A stretch of 64,000 nucleotides of DNA from Halothiobacillus sp. (GTDB taxonomy: Bacteria; Pseudomonadota; Gammaproteobacteria; Halothiobacillales; Halothiobacillaceae). How positions within the stretch are numbered: the first letter of the stretch is position 1; each line of letters begins with the position of its first letter. Position numbers and translations under genes: made by a program. This document shows, in pieces, positions 12,623 through 25,361 of this stretch. The DNA is taken from assembly GCF_028710545.1 (NCBI RefSeq), contig NZ_JAQTTX010000008.1, positions 304-64,303 on the forward strand, written 5' to 3'. The notes beneath the pieces were generated by a model. The model had not been told where the DNA came from and did no database searches. It worked only from the letters and a program-made list of their open reading frames with translations.

Positions 12623-13300
12623 TTACGGCTTGACTCGAACCCCTTCGATATTGACGGTGATGTGAACATCGTTAGAAAGACCTTGCGGGAGATACGCCAT
12701 CAGGCCGAAATCGCTGCGCTTGATCGTGGTTGTGGCAACAAAACCGCTCAGATACCCACCCCAAGGTTTGGGCAGATATGCCACTTCCCCGGCGCCGACC
12801 TTTTTGACATGAAATACTTCTGGGCGCGTCATACCGTGAAAACTCATGAGCCCATGCAGATTGCCGCCACCCTGCTTGTTCGGCACGAATCTCGTGCTCG
12901 TGAAGGTGATTTCAGGATGGTTCTTGGCATCGAAGAACTCCTTGCTGAGCAAGTGTTCATTCCGCAAGGCCAGGTTGGTGTCGATGCTCTCGACTGGAAT
13001 GCTTATCTCAGCTTTGTTTTTGCCCGGATGCTTGCTATCAATGGTGTAGTGGCCACTGATTTTGTTGAATCGTCCGGTAAATGGTGCGATGCCGACGTGT
13101 CCAAGCGTAAAAAACACCTGAGAGTGATCCGGATCGATTTGATATTGCCCATCCGGATTATCGCTAAGTGGTTGGTATTGCTCTTGGGCAAACACATTTG
13201 ATGTGGCACCAAATATTGAAGCAATAAATGCCAGCACAGCCATTGACCTGGGCGTGGATTTAACTGTCGACCATGTCGGTGTCAGTGATGCGGTATACAT
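12623..13300 (-). CDS. YceI-like periplasmic polyisoprenoid-binding protein
   Basis: 225-aa ORF with a signal peptide (AVLAFIASIFGATSNVFA). YceI-like features are YQIDPDHSQVFFTLGHVGI..GRFNK.SG and a C-terminal DVHITVNIEG. Confidence 0.82.
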   Translation of the reverse strand: MYTASLTPTWSTVKSTPRSMAVLAFIASIFGATSNVFAQEQYQPLSDNPDGQYQIDPDHSQVFFTLGHVGIAPFTGRFNKISGHYTIDSKHPGKNKAEISIPVESIDTNLALRNEHLLSKEFFDAKNHPEITFTSTRFVPNKQGGGNLHGLMSFHGMTRPEVFHVKKVGAGEVAYLPKPWGGYLSGFVATTTIKRSDFGLMAYLPQGLSNDVHITVNIEGVRVKP

Positions 13301-13420
13301 GATGGATTCCTCGCTGAGATTGAATCTGTTGTTTGACGCTCTGGATTTTACCCAGGTATATTTTTGTTAATATCGAAATTTATTTCAAAAATACTTCGAA
13401 TAATTCGAAATGAGGTGGTT

Positions 13421-14311
13421 ATGGATGATCTGCGCCCTTGGCGTTGGCTGATCGGTGTGATCGATTACGGCGGATTGCAGGCGGCGGCGGATCATTTTCA
13501 CCGGACGCCATCCACGCTCAGCCACGCCATTAAGCAACTTGAAGTCCAGGTCGGCTTGCCCTTGGTGGCCTATCAGGGGCGGCGGTTGATACTCACCGAG
13601 ATCGGTCAACTGCTGACCTGCCGAATGCGGCCGGTGCTGCGTGACCTCGATGGCGCTCAGGCATTGGCTACCCAATTGACACAGGGTGTGGAGCCAGTGC
13701 TTTGTGTGGCCATTGATCAAATTATTCCATTGGCACTGATTGCCAATGTTTTTTCGATCGTGGCTGAGTCCTATCCGCAAACCCGCATCGAGCTCTTTGA
13801 GACCATTCTCGGCGGTGGCCCGGCGATGATGCTGGAGGGAACCGTAGGTTTGTATCTTGGCACCCAAATGGTGACAGGGATGCCAACTATTGCCTTGGAT
13901 CGCCTGAGGCTGGTTCCTTGCGCGGCACGTACTCATCCGCTCGTAACCCAAGCAGGAGGCGATGCGGGGCAGGTTACCGAGGCGGATTTGCGCCGATATA
14001 GGCAAATCGTGATTCGAGATTCGGCACCGAGTCGTCTAGCCAATGGAAGCTGGTTATCTGCCGAGCAACGGTTTACGGTTGATCATTTACACACGGCGAT
14101 TGACTTGATCGAATCAGGGCTTGGTTTTGCTTGGCTTCCTGAATCACTGCTTTCAAGTCATCCAGATTTAAGCATTTTGCAAATGGCCGATACCGTTGTC
14201 GACGAAGCGGACATTCATCTGGTTTTCGATGCGGGATTCGCGTCTGGCTTGGCGGGAGCACGCTTAATAGATGAGATACGGGCCCGATTCGACACACGGG
14301 CCCAAGTGTAG
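13421..14311 (+). CDS. LysR-family transcriptional regulator
   Basis: ATG at 13421 preceded by GAGGTGG. It has a helix-turn-helix LQAAADHFHRTPSTLSHAIKQLE and a LysR substrate-binding fold region. It is divergent from the yceI-like gene. Confidence 0.85.
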   Translation: MDDLRPWRWLIGVIDYGGLQAAADHFHRTPSTLSHAIKQLEVQVGLPLVAYQGRRLILTEIGQLLTCRMRPVLRDLDGAQALATQLTQGVEPVLCVAIDQIIPLALIANVFSIVAESYPQTRIELFETILGGGPAMMLEGTVGLYLGTQMVTGMPTIALDRLRLVPCAARTHPLVTQAGGDAGQVTEADLRRYRQIVIRDSAPSRLANGSWLSAEQRFTVDHLHTAIDLIESGLGFAWLPESLLSSHPDLSILQMADTVVDEADIHLVFDAGFASGLAGARLIDEIRARFDTRAQV

Positions 14312-14341
14312 TTTTCGGTGTGATTCCACCGATTCTCTGAA

Positions 14342-15031
14342 TTATTGAGGCGGCTGGATTGTCGTCAAACCCAGATTGCTCCAGGACTGCATGCCGCCGC
14401 GGTACCAGTAGATTTTATCGGCGGGGTAGCCCATGCTAACCAATTCCTTGATGTTGGTGGGCGATTGTCCACACCAGGCGCCGTTGCAGAACAGAACCAA
14501 GGTCTTGGCGCCCCGAAAATCCCATATGCCATCACTGACTTTGGCGTTGAATTTATCCGTCAGCAGCGATTCGACCACAAGCGGTTCGTACGTGGAGGCA
14601 CCCCGGTAGATTTGTGTCCATGGGATATTGACCGCACTGGGTATCGTGCCATTGCGGTACCAATCGGGTGTGCGGGAGTCGATGATTTCAATCGTCTTGT
14701 CGCCCTCAGCTTTCTTTTTCAAAAATTGAATCAATTCCAATTCACCGATGGTATGCACGCCCGGCAGCAACTGCATGGGCTGAATGCAGAAGGGTGGGCA
14801 ATCTCGACTTGTTTTCGCGTACTCGGCGGTCACCGTGTGATCAGGATCCTGATTGCGCTCGATGACAACAGGCTTGCCATGGTCCATGACGGTGATGGAA
14901 GGCAGATCGCGGGTAATATTGACCCGCAGTTTTTGCTTAACTTCGGCTGCGTTGGTCGCTAAAGATACAGTACTCAGACTGACAAACAAAACAAAAGCAA
15001 TCAAGGTGGTTAAGTGCTTACTGGGTTCCAT
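14342..15031 (-). CDS. Exported rhodanese-domain protein (putative sulfurtransferase)
   Basis: 229-aa ORF with a signal peptide. The C-terminal rhodanese module has the catalytic loop LFCNGAWCGQS and flanking IIDSRTP..GTIPSAVNIPW. Confidence 0.75.
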   Translation of the reverse strand: MEPSKHLTTLIAFVLFVSLSTVSLATNAAEVKQKLRVNITRDLPSITVMDHGKPVVIERNQDPDHTVTAEYAKTSRDCPPFCIQPMQLLPGVHTIGELELIQFLKKKAEGDKTIEIIDSRTPDWYRNGTIPSAVNIPWTQIYRGASTYEPLVVESLLTDKFNAKVSDGIWDFRGAKTLVLFCNGAWCGQSPTNIKELVSMGYPADKIYWYRGGMQSWSNLGLTTIQPPQ

Positions 15032-15197
15032 GGCGCGTATCTCCTGTAACTTTGTTAGAATACCTAAGCAATAGCAGTTGAGTGGATGATTGTCAATAAA
15101 ATCAATATATTAGATAATTATGTTATTCTGAAGTAACTTCAGATGTGCAACACAACCGCATGACTGAGTACAGGCTCAGCAGAAAAAAGGGTGAACA

Positions 15198-15572
15198 ATG
15201 AGAATTTATTTGTTGATTGCTTTGGCCGGTTCGTTTGGTGCCATGGCGCGTTTTGCGATGATTAACTGGGTAACGCACCATCTTGGGCGGGCATTTCCTT
15301 ACGGCACGCTTACCGTGAACGTCTTGGGTTCGGCGTTGATGGGCTTTCTGGGGGTGTATTTACTGCAGAAATTTCATATTGCCCCTGAGTATCGTGTCGC
15401 GATTTTGACGGGTTTTTTGGGTGCGTTTACCACCATGTCAACTTTCTCGATTGACTCATTAACGCTTATCGAACGAGATCAATGGGTGATGGCGAGTCTC
15501 TATATTGTCGTGACCGTGGTTGTCTGCATTGCGGCCGCCCGAGGCGGGATGCTTTTGGCCGAACGCATCTGA
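15198..15572 (+). CDS. crcB: Fluoride ion channel CrcB/FluC
   Basis: 124-aa four-TM ORF with GAMARF, PYGTLTVNVLGS and GFLGAFTTMSTFS motifs. Confidence 0.9.
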   Translation: MRIYLLIALAGSFGAMARFAMINWVTHHLGRAFPYGTLTVNVLGSALMGFLGVYLLQKFHIAPEYRVAILTGFLGAFTTMSTFSIDSLTLIERDQWVMASLYIVVTVVVCIAAARGGMLLAERI

Positions 15573-15584
15573 TGGAGTGGCTCG

Positions 15585-16670
15585 GTGTTTGATCCGGTTG
15601 AACTCAAAGCGCAAATCAAAGATTGGGCCATTGAGTTTGACTTTGATGATCTGCGCGTGACCGATACGGATTTATCCCAGTATGAAGCAGGCTTTATTCA
15701 ATGGATTGAACAAAATTATCACGGCACGATGGACTATATGGCCAAATACGGTTTAACCCGATTGCGGCCGCATGAATTAGTGCCCAAAACGTTGCGCATT
15801 CTTTGCGTGCGCAAAAATTACCTGCCACCCGATGCGCGTGGCCCCCGTGATGTGCTGCATGATTCCGAACTGGGTTATGTTTCCCGTTATGCGCTGGGGC
15901 GCGATTATCACAAGGTGTTACGCAAAAATCTGCAACGGCTTGCCGAACGAATCACAGATGCAATCGGCCCGTTCGGTTTTCGTGCTTTTGTGGATTCGGC
16001 GCCGGTTTATGAGACAGGTTTAGCCGAAAAAGCCGGTATTGGCTGGAAAGGCAAGCACTCCCTGATTTTAAACCGGCAGGCAGGTTCCTTGTTTTTCCTG
16101 GGTGAGTTGTTCATTGACTTCGATTTGCCGCTCGATGAGCCGGTTGAATCCCACTGTGGATCGTGTACCGCCTGCATTACCGTATGCCCGACACAAGCCA
16201 TCGTCGCTGACGGAGTGGTCGATGCCCGCCGGTGCATCTCCTATCTCACGATTGAATCCAAAGACGACATCCCGCTGGAATTGCGCGCAGCAATGGGGAA
16301 TCGGATTTACGGCTGTGATGACTGCCAGCTGGTTTGCCCCTGGAATCGATTTGCCCGTGTGGCGGCCGATGCCGACTTTCGTGCGCGCCACGGTCTGGAC
16401 GCACCGGGTCTGATTGAATTGTTTCTGTGGGATGAGCCGACCTTTTTACGCAAAACCGAAGGCATGGCGATTCGTCGGATCGGCTGGCAGCGCTGGTTGC
16501 GTAATGTGGCCGTGGCCCTGGGGAATCTGTTGCGTAACCAACCGGACAATACACCGGCCGTAGAGGCGTTGCAGGCACGATACAGGCAGGTGAGTGATCA
16601 ACTGGATCGGCACATCCAATGGGCATTGACCCAGCGGAAAGGATTGCCTCAAAACCGCCAGAATGTCTGA
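15585..16670 (+). CDS. queG: Epoxyqueuosine reductase
   Basis: 361-aa ORF with a GTG start. It has 4Fe-4S motifs CGSCTACITVCP and CDDCQLVCPWN plus CISYLTIE. Confidence 0.92.
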   Translation: MFDPVELKAQIKDWAIEFDFDDLRVTDTDLSQYEAGFIQWIEQNYHGTMDYMAKYGLTRLRPHELVPKTLRILCVRKNYLPPDARGPRDVLHDSELGYVSRYALGRDYHKVLRKNLQRLAERITDAIGPFGFRAFVDSAPVYETGLAEKAGIGWKGKHSLILNRQAGSLFFLGELFIDFDLPLDEPVESHCGSCTACITVCPTQAIVADGVVDARRCISYLTIESKDDIPLELRAAMGNRIYGCDDCQLVCPWNRFARVAADADFRARHGLDAPGLIELFLWDEPTFLRKTEGMAIRRIGWQRWLRNVAVALGNLLRNQPDNTPAVEALQARYRQVSDQLDRHIQWALTQRKGLPQNRQNV

Positions 16671-18040
16671 ATATGCGCCATCAATGCGCGAATTGGCGCG
16701 ATATCCTGTTCTGATCGTGTGTCGATTACAATCAGGACAAATGGCTCGTTTTTGATGCTCAAAGACTGCAGGAAGCAATCCTTTTCAATCAACATGTGGC
16801 CGTTCACATCAAGCAGAGGCTTTAACTTGTAACGGTTTTCCCTCGAAATAACCAAACCTTTCATCCCGGTCATTAGTCGCGCAAGCAGTGGGTTTTCTGC
16901 CAGAGTGACTTCTTTGGGTATGGCTGAACCCGACACCCGTTTGTTGACATTGACCTGAAGATCGAGAGCAGAAGGCGTTCTGCTGAGAATGATGAATTCA
17001 ACCAGTTTCAAATCCTCGATCAAGCACGACATGAGTGACTTGATCAGGTTGTTCGGCGTGAGTGCCTGCGATGTTGCACGGCGTGAGAAGTTAAGCAGAG
17101 CTTGTTCTTGTGTGTTTGGTTGCAGTCCGTATTGCGCGGGTAGCGGCCAGTGCGTTGGTACCGAAGCACTATCGATCAACAGTGCTGCGGTGCTGTAAAA
17201 GCCCATGGGCTCGAATTCACGTGCGGTTTGCACCGCAACTTGATGAATTAATTGATCAGTGGCGGCACAGTCACGTTTCAGTAAATCGGAAATTTCCTTT
17301 TGTGTTGCAATGATTTGCGGGTGATACCAACCCATCTCGCTGAAAAAGCTGATGCGTCTGGCCAAAAGTACGATGGTTTGATGTTGACGCGCGAGAATGG
17401 GTGTGGAGGCTTCATCCTCAAATAACTGTGTAGGCAAGTAATAGAAATCGTTGAGTGATTTTTCTAATAAATTCAGTGTAATGCCTTCGGTTTGCAAAGC
17501 AGACTTAATGGCGTGCCCCAGTGTGCTGATCTTGTTGTCCCGAACCTGAGTCAAGGCCAGGCGCATCAATTCAGGAGCGTCACGCCACAAAGCCAATTCA
17601 ATAAAATTATGGAGCAGGGTGGCAACCACCACGATTTCGTAGCTGGTGTCACGCAGTTCGACCAACCAGCTTTCTGCGTGGCGCGCGGCATGCAGACTAC
17701 GTGCAACGGCGACGAGATAACCTGCCAATTGCAGTTCGTCCGTAATGGTTTCTTCAAGGATGGGTAATTTGGGAATCTGTTGCCGGCTCCACGTGTCACC
17801 CAGCAAAGACAATGCATGATCCAGACTGTGCGGCGCATCACGTTGCTTTGCCCGTTGTACCCGGGCGGCAGACCCCATGACAAAACCACAGGCACCTGGG
17901 TCGCGTCGCAGCCACCCCACCAACTCGCCCTGATCGATTTCATCCCGTTGCAGCAACGCCGTCAACTGTCGATGCACTTCAGCGCGCACGGGTAGTGGTG
18001 TCTGTTGGAGATGGGCGATCCAGTCGGCGGGTAGCGTCAT
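16649..18040 (-). CDS. HDOD-domain signalling protein with an uncharacterised (GAF-like?) C-terminal domain
   Basis: 463-aa ORF. The N-terminal approx. 200 aa look HDOD-like (LPVRAEVHRQLTALL..WLRRDPGACGFVMGSA..SLDHALSLLG). The C-terminal half is unassigned. Its 3' end overlaps queG convergently by 22 nt. Confidence 0.6.
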   Translation of the reverse strand: MTLPADWIAHLQQTPLPVRAEVHRQLTALLQRDEIDQGELVGWLRRDPGACGFVMGSAARVQRAKQRDAPHSLDHALSLLGDTWSRQQIPKLPILEETITDELQLAGYLVAVARSLHAARHAESWLVELRDTSYEIVVVATLLHNFIELALWRDAPELMRLALTQVRDNKISTLGHAIKSALQTEGITLNLLEKSLNDFYYLPTQLFEDEASTPILARQHQTIVLLARRISFFSEMGWYHPQIIATQKEISDLLKRDCAATDQLIHQVAVQTAREFEPMGFYSTAALLIDSASVPTHWPLPAQYGLQPNTQEQALLNFSRRATSQALTPNNLIKSLMSCLIEDLKLVEFIILSRTPSALDLQVNVNKRVSGSAIPKEVTLAENPLLARLMTGMKGLVISRENRYKLKPLLDVNGHMLIEKDCFLQSLSIKNEPFVLIVIDTRSEQDIAPIRALMAHIQTFWRF

Positions 18041-18053
18041 GGCGGCGTATCAG

Positions 18054-20376
<2,323 letters not shown>

Positions 20377-20691
20377 GATTTCCTCCACAAACGAGCCGTC
20401 ATTATGCCGCAAGGAATGCATCAGTGCTTTGATCAAACACCGGTCGGGTCGCCAAGGGCCCAACTGAAGCCTTGCGCCACTTGCGAATGGCGACGGCCAT
20501 TCCCTGCGTGCCGCGCCTTGCATTTGCACCCATGGCGATCCCGCAGAGGCGCTATCGATTCGTGCAGAGGCTCCCTAGGCTGTTTATTGCGTTTATACTC
20601 TTCCTCGATACTTGGTTGCCATGCAATACGCACAGCGTTTTTTGCTCATGATCAAGCGTTTTTTTGAATTCAATCAGAACGAGAATTATTT

Positions 20692-23331
20692 ATGTCCACC
20701 GCTGAACAGAGCGCCGTTGAAATTCGCCTTGAAGACTACACCCCGCCGGATTTTTTGATTGATACGGTCGACCTGACCTTTGATCTGGCGCCCAGCCAGA
20801 CTCATGTGCGTTCACAGATGAAGATTCGCCGCAATGGGGACCATGATCGTGCGTTGGTGCTCAATGGTGAACATATGACCCTGCTGAACGTGCAGGTTGA
20901 TGGACGCGCGCTGACGGAAAATCAATATGTCTTGACCGAGACGAGGCTCACCATCCCCGATGTGCCGGATGAAGCTCATGTTGTGATCGAAAACCGGATT
21001 GATCCTGCTTCCAATACCGCTCTGGAGGGGCTGTATCAATCGGCCGGGAATTTCTGCACCCAATGCGAGCCGGAAGGTTTTCGTCGAATCACCTATTTTA
21101 TCGATCGGCCGGATGTGCTTTCCCGCTACACCGTGACCTTGATTGCCGAAGCCGATCTTTATCCTGTCCTGTTGTCGAACGGCAACCCTGTCGCTGCCGA
21201 AAAATGCGCGGATGGCAAGCACATGGCTCGCTGGGTGGATCCGCATCCCAAGCCCTCGTATCTGTTCGCGCTGGTGGCCGGTAACTTGACACGAATCACG
21301 GACGAATTCGTCACTCTGTCGGGCAAAACCGTTGAACTGGGCATCTATGTCGAAGCGCATAATGCCGACCGCTGCGACCACGCCATGGCGTCGCTCAAGC
21401 ATGCGATGCGTTGGGATGAGCAGGTTTATGGTCGCGAATACGATCTGGATGTCTTCAATATCGTGGCCGTTGACGACTTCAATATGGGCGCGATGGAAAA
21501 CAAGGGATTGAATATCTTCAACTCGCGTTACGTTCTGGCCAAGCCGGATACCGCCACCGATGGCGATTACGCCGGTATCGAATCGGTGGTGGCGCACGAA
21601 TATTTCCATAACTGGTCGGGTAATCGCGTGACCTGTCGGGACTGGTTTCAGCTTTCACTCAAGGAAGGCTTCACCGTATTCCGCGATCAGGAGTTTTCTG
21701 CCGATATGGGATCGCGCGCCGTCAAGCGTATCGCCGATGTCAATTTACTGCGGCAAGTCCAGTTCGCCGAAGATGCGGGCCCGCAGGCGCATCCGGTACA
21801 GCCCAAGGCCTATCGTGAAATCAACAATTTCTATACTTCGACTGTATACAACAAGGGCGCGGAAGTGGTGCGGATGCTGCGCAATTTGCTGGGTGCAGAA
21901 ACCTTCCGTCAGGGTACGGATCTGTATTTCGATCGTTTTGACGGTCAGGCGGTCACCATCGAGGATTTTGTTTCCTGCATGGCCGAAGTCAGTGATCTCG
22001 ATCTGACCGAATTCCGCCAGTGGTACGACGTGGCGGGTACGCCAAAGCTGCTTGTGCGCGATGAATATCTCGAAGGTCAATACATTCTGAGTATCGAGCA
22101 GGTGGTGCCAGAGTCCGCCAATGGGCATCCCTACATGTTGCCCTTTGGTTTTGCCTTGTTTGACGAAGCGGGGGAGCCCGTATTGCTCGATGGCAAGGCT
22201 GAGCACATCCTGATTGTGGAACAATCATCACAGTCATGGATGTTTTCGATCGAGAAAAAAGACGCCGATTTGCTTGTACCTTCACTCAATCGTGGCTTCA
22301 CCGCGCCGGTGGATGTTCAGTACGATTACTCCGATGAGGCGCTTGGCCTGCTGAGCCGTGCCGATACCGATGCTTTCAACCGCTGGGATGCCTTCCAGCG
22401 GCGTATCCAGCGGTGCCTGGTGAGTCGCATCAAGGTGGCAATGGATGTCGGTTTGGTCGGTGAGGATGCCTTGCCCGAAGATCTCTCGAAGGCGTTCGGG
22501 CAGTTGCTGCTTGAGGCGGAACAGGATCCGATGTTCGTGGCTGAGTGCATCGCATTACCCAGCGAGAATTACCTGGCTGATCAGTTCGAGCACGACACGC
22601 CCGTCGAATGGATACACCATGAGCGGGTGCGGCTGCGTCAGCAACTGGCTGCGGAATGGGAGTTGACTTTGCAGTTGATTTATCAGAGCCACGCTCAGGA
22701 AGGCCCGTACCGCTTCGAATCCCGTGCCGCGGGACAGCGTCAGTTGCGCCGACAGGTTTTATCCTATCTGTGCAGTCTGAATCGCCCGGCCTGGACACAA
22801 TTGGCTAAAGAACAGTTCGATCGTGCCGATAACATGACCGAATCCTTCAATGCATTGATTGCATTGAGTGTGAGTGATTCTGCGGAGTTTGATCACGTGT
22901 TGACCGCGTTCGAGGCGCGTTGGCGACATGATCCGCTGGTCATGGATAAATGGTTCGCACTACAGGCGCAACGCAGTGATGCGGGCGCATTGGCACGGGT
23001 ACAGGATCTTATGGCACACCCGACGTTCTCCATCAAGAATCCAAATCGTGTTCGTGCCCTGATTGGTAGTTTTGCGCGAACCAATCCGTTGCGTTTCCAC
23101 GATCGTAGCGGCTCGGGTTATCAATGGGTGGCAGATCGCATCATCGAGCTCGATGCCATGAATCCGCAGATTGCCGCGCGCATGGCTTCGGTATTCAATA
23201 CCTGGAAGCGATTTGACGGGAATCGTGCGGCGTTGATGTGTGCGGCATTGAGAAAAATCCATGATCGACCTGAATGTTCAGCGGATCTGGCGGAAATTAC
23301 CGGAAAAGCTTTGGGGCATTCATTCGATTGA
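20692..23331 (+). CDS. pepN: Aminopeptidase N
   Basis: 879-aa ORF with GAMENKGLNIFN and the zinc motif HEYFHNWSGNRVT..LSLKEGFT. Confidence 0.96.
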   Translation: MSTAEQSAVEIRLEDYTPPDFLIDTVDLTFDLAPSQTHVRSQMKIRRNGDHDRALVLNGEHMTLLNVQVDGRALTENQYVLTETRLTIPDVPDEAHVVIENRIDPASNTALEGLYQSAGNFCTQCEPEGFRRITYFIDRPDVLSRYTVTLIAEADLYPVLLSNGNPVAAEKCADGKHMARWVDPHPKPSYLFALVAGNLTRITDEFVTLSGKTVELGIYVEAHNADRCDHAMASLKHAMRWDEQVYGREYDLDVFNIVAVDDFNMGAMENKGLNIFNSRYVLAKPDTATDGDYAGIESVVAHEYFHNWSGNRVTCRDWFQLSLKEGFTVFRDQEFSADMGSRAVKRIADVNLLRQVQFAEDAGPQAHPVQPKAYREINNFYTSTVYNKGAEVVRMLRNLLGAETFRQGTDLYFDRFDGQAVTIEDFVSCMAEVSDLDLTEFRQWYDVAGTPKLLVRDEYLEGQYILSIEQVVPESANGHPYMLPFGFALFDEAGEPVLLDGKAEHILIVEQSSQSWMFSIEKKDADLLVPSLNRGFTAPVDVQYDYSDEALGLLSRADTDAFNRWDAFQRRIQRCLVSRIKVAMDVGLVGEDALPEDLSKAFGQLLLEAEQDPMFVAECIALPSENYLADQFEHDTPVEWIHHERVRLRQQLAAEWELTLQLIYQSHAQEGPYRFESRAAGQRQLRRQVLSYLCSLNRPAWTQLAKEQFDRADNMTESFNALIALSVSDSAEFDHVLTAFEARWRHDPLVMDKWFALQAQRSDAGALARVQDLMAHPTFSIKNPNRVRALIGSFARTNPLRFHDRSGSGYQWVADRIIELDAMNPQIAARMASVFNTWKRFDGNRAALMCAALRKIHDRPECSADLAEITGKALGHSFD

Positions 23332-23384
23332 TGAATAATAGCGGCAAGGGTTACAGGCGATTGCCCGAATAAAATAGGACAAGC

Positions 23385-24236
23385 ATGAACGTTATTATCG
23401 GATGGGTTTTACTGTTTGGCTCGGTCATCGGTGGGTTTCTTATAGCCGGCGGGCACCTTATTGTTCTGTTCCAGCCCGTCGAATATCTGATCATCATCGG
23501 GGCCGCGTTGGCTGCCTTCGTGGGAGGGAACTCCGGCAAGACAATTAAGGCCACCCTCGGCGGGTTTGGTACGGCCATCAAGGGTTCAAAATACAAAAAA
23601 GCCCTATATATGGAGACGCTTGCCCTGCTGTATCACATCTTCACTCGAGCGCGAAAAGAAGGCTTGATGGCCATTGAGGAAGACATCGAGGATCCGCAGA
23701 ACAGTGCCCTGTTCAAGGAAGCCCCCAGCGTACTGGCCGATCACCATGCATTGGATTTCATTACCGATTACTTGCGCCTGATGGTGTCGAGCACCCTGGA
23801 TGTTCACCAGATCGATAACCTCATGGATATCGATATTGACACACACCATCAAGAAGCTTCTCTGCCCGGCACGAATATTGCGAAAATTGCCGATGGTCTG
23901 CCTGCATTCGGTATCGTTGCCGCGGTTTTGGGTGTTGTGCACACCATGGAATCGGTAGCTGAGCCGCCGGCCATCTTGGGTGGCTTGATAGCGGCGGCGC
24001 TGGTGGGTACGTTCCTCGGTATCCTCATTTCCTACGGCTTGGTGGGCCCGGTTGCGGCCAATCTGGAGCACAAGGTCAACGACTCCACCAAGTACTACCA
24101 GAGCATCAAGGCGGCAATGATTGCCTTCATGAATGGTTACCCACCTCAGGTTGCCGCCGAATTCGGCCGCAAGGTGCTGTTCTCTTCCGATCGCCCCGGC
24201 TTCCAGGAGCTCGAAGAGTTCCTCAAGAAAAAATAA
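23385..24236 (+). CDS. motA: Flagellar stator protein MotA
   Basis: 283-aa ORF colinear with E. coli MotA (KYKKALYMETLALLY, DFITDYLRLMVS, LPAFGIVAAVLGVVH, GTFLGILISYG, EFGRKVLFSSDRPGFQELEEF). Confidence 0.9.
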   Translation: MNVIIGWVLLFGSVIGGFLIAGGHLIVLFQPVEYLIIIGAALAAFVGGNSGKTIKATLGGFGTAIKGSKYKKALYMETLALLYHIFTRARKEGLMAIEEDIEDPQNSALFKEAPSVLADHHALDFITDYLRLMVSSTLDVHQIDNLMDIDIDTHHQEASLPGTNIAKIADGLPAFGIVAAVLGVVHTMESVAEPPAILGGLIAAALVGTFLGILISYGLVGPVAANLEHKVNDSTKYYQSIKAAMIAFMNGYPPQVAAEFGRKVLFSSDRPGFQELEEFLKKK

Positions 24237-24275
24237 TCAACCGATGCCCGCGCATTTCTCTTCGAGAGCATTCTG

Positions 24276-25352
24276 ATGGCCGAACAGCCGGATCAATCCA
24301 AACCGATCATCATCAAGAAGGTGAACAAAGGTCACGGCGGCCATCATGGTGGTGCGTGGAAAATCGCCTATGCCGACTTCGTGACTGCGATGATGGCGTT
24401 CTTCCTGTTGATGTGGCTGCTGGGTTCGGTTGGTGAGGTCAAGCTCAAAGGCATCGCGGATTACTTCAATAATCCGGTCAAAGTTACCTTGGAGGGTGGC
24501 CCCAGCGCCGGTATGTCGGTCAGTCTGATCAATGCCGGTGGCGAGGATCTGACGCGCAAAGAAGGGCAGGTTCGCAATGGTAGCGAGCCCCCGGCGAAGA
24601 TCGAGACCGATCTGAAGAAGATGACCGAGGAAGAGGCACGTAAGAAAATTCAGGAAGAAGACAAGAAGCGGATCGAAAATCTGAAAAAGGAGCTTGAGTC
24701 CCTGATCAATGTCGATCCGGCCCTCAAGGCTTATAAAGATCAGATCAAGCTGGATATGACGCGGGATGGTTTGCGCATCCAGATCATCGATCAGGCCAAT
24801 CGCCCCATGTTCAAGATCAGCTCATCCCGTCTTGAACCCTATGCTGCCGAGATTCTGAAAAAACTGGCACCGGTCATCAACAAGTTGCCGAATCGTCTGA
24901 GTATCACCGGTCATACCGATTCACTTCCCTACAATGGCATAGATCGCACCAACTGGGAGCTTTCGGCGGATCGTGCCAATGCCGCGCGGCGTGAGTTGGT
25001 CCAGGATGGTTACGATGAGTCGAAATTGTTGCGCGTGGTCGGCATGGCGGCCGCCTTGCCGTTTATTCCATCGGATCCTGCCGATCCACGTAATCGACGG
25101 ATCTCGATCATCGTCATGAATGACAGTGCTGCTGAACGTGTTCTGCACCCCATGGATTTCGGCGCGGATAAAACAACTGATAAAGCAAAATCCAATACAA
25201 GCTCGACGTCAGCACCCACCGATAATGCTCAAACCCCGGCAGCGCCGACAACCAGCGCGCCTGAAACGACTATCGAGGGAATAACGGGCACGATCACCAA
25301 TCCCGGCATTGTGCCCCCAGCGCCCACTCAGCCTGCACCAGCAAAACCATAA
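24276..25352 (+). CDS. motB: Flagellar stator protein MotB (OmpA-like peptidoglycan-binding domain, Pro/Thr-rich tail)
   Basis: GHHGGAWKIAYADFVTAMMAFFLLMWLL plug/TM region, plus the OmpA-like ITGHTDSLPY..NWELSADRANAARREL..NRRISIIV. Confidence 0.88.
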   Translation: MAEQPDQSKPIIIKKVNKGHGGHHGGAWKIAYADFVTAMMAFFLLMWLLGSVGEVKLKGIADYFNNPVKVTLEGGPSAGMSVSLINAGGEDLTRKEGQVRNGSEPPAKIETDLKKMTEEEARKKIQEEDKKRIENLKKELESLINVDPALKAYKDQIKLDMTRDGLRIQIIDQANRPMFKISSSRLEPYAAEILKKLAPVINKLPNRLSITGHTDSLPYNGIDRTNWELSADRANAARRELVQDGYDESKLLRVVGMAAALPFIPSDPADPRNRRISIIVMNDSAAERVLHPMDFGADKTTDKAKSNTSSTSAPTDNAQTPAAPTTSAPETTIEGITGTITNPGIVPPAPTQPAPAKP

Positions 25353-25361
25353 TCCGTCCTG

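Noticed and set aside
13372-13410. Three TCGAAAT / TTCGAAT motifs in the yceI-LysR divergent promoter region, as a LysR T-N11-A operator.
   Set aside because: It is plausible, but the region is simply AT-rich, the spacing (22 and 9 nt) fits no defined LysR box, and I cannot support it from sequence alone.
15032-15197. A fluoride (crcB-motif) riboswitch upstream of crcB.
   Set aside because: I looked for the conserved GGnGAUGG..CC / AAACCGC-stem-GCUGAUGAUGCCUAC pattern. Only AACCGCATGAC loosely resembles it, and the P1 and P3 pairings and the pseudoknot are absent. A covariance-model search (Rfam RF01734) would settle it.
23385-25352. The MotA/MotB-like pair as a possible Zorya-type anti-phage module.
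   Set aside because: MotA here is 283 aa and colinear with the flagellar stator MotA, with no long ZorA tail. MotB has a standard OmpA-like domain. No ZorC/ZorD-like genes follow.
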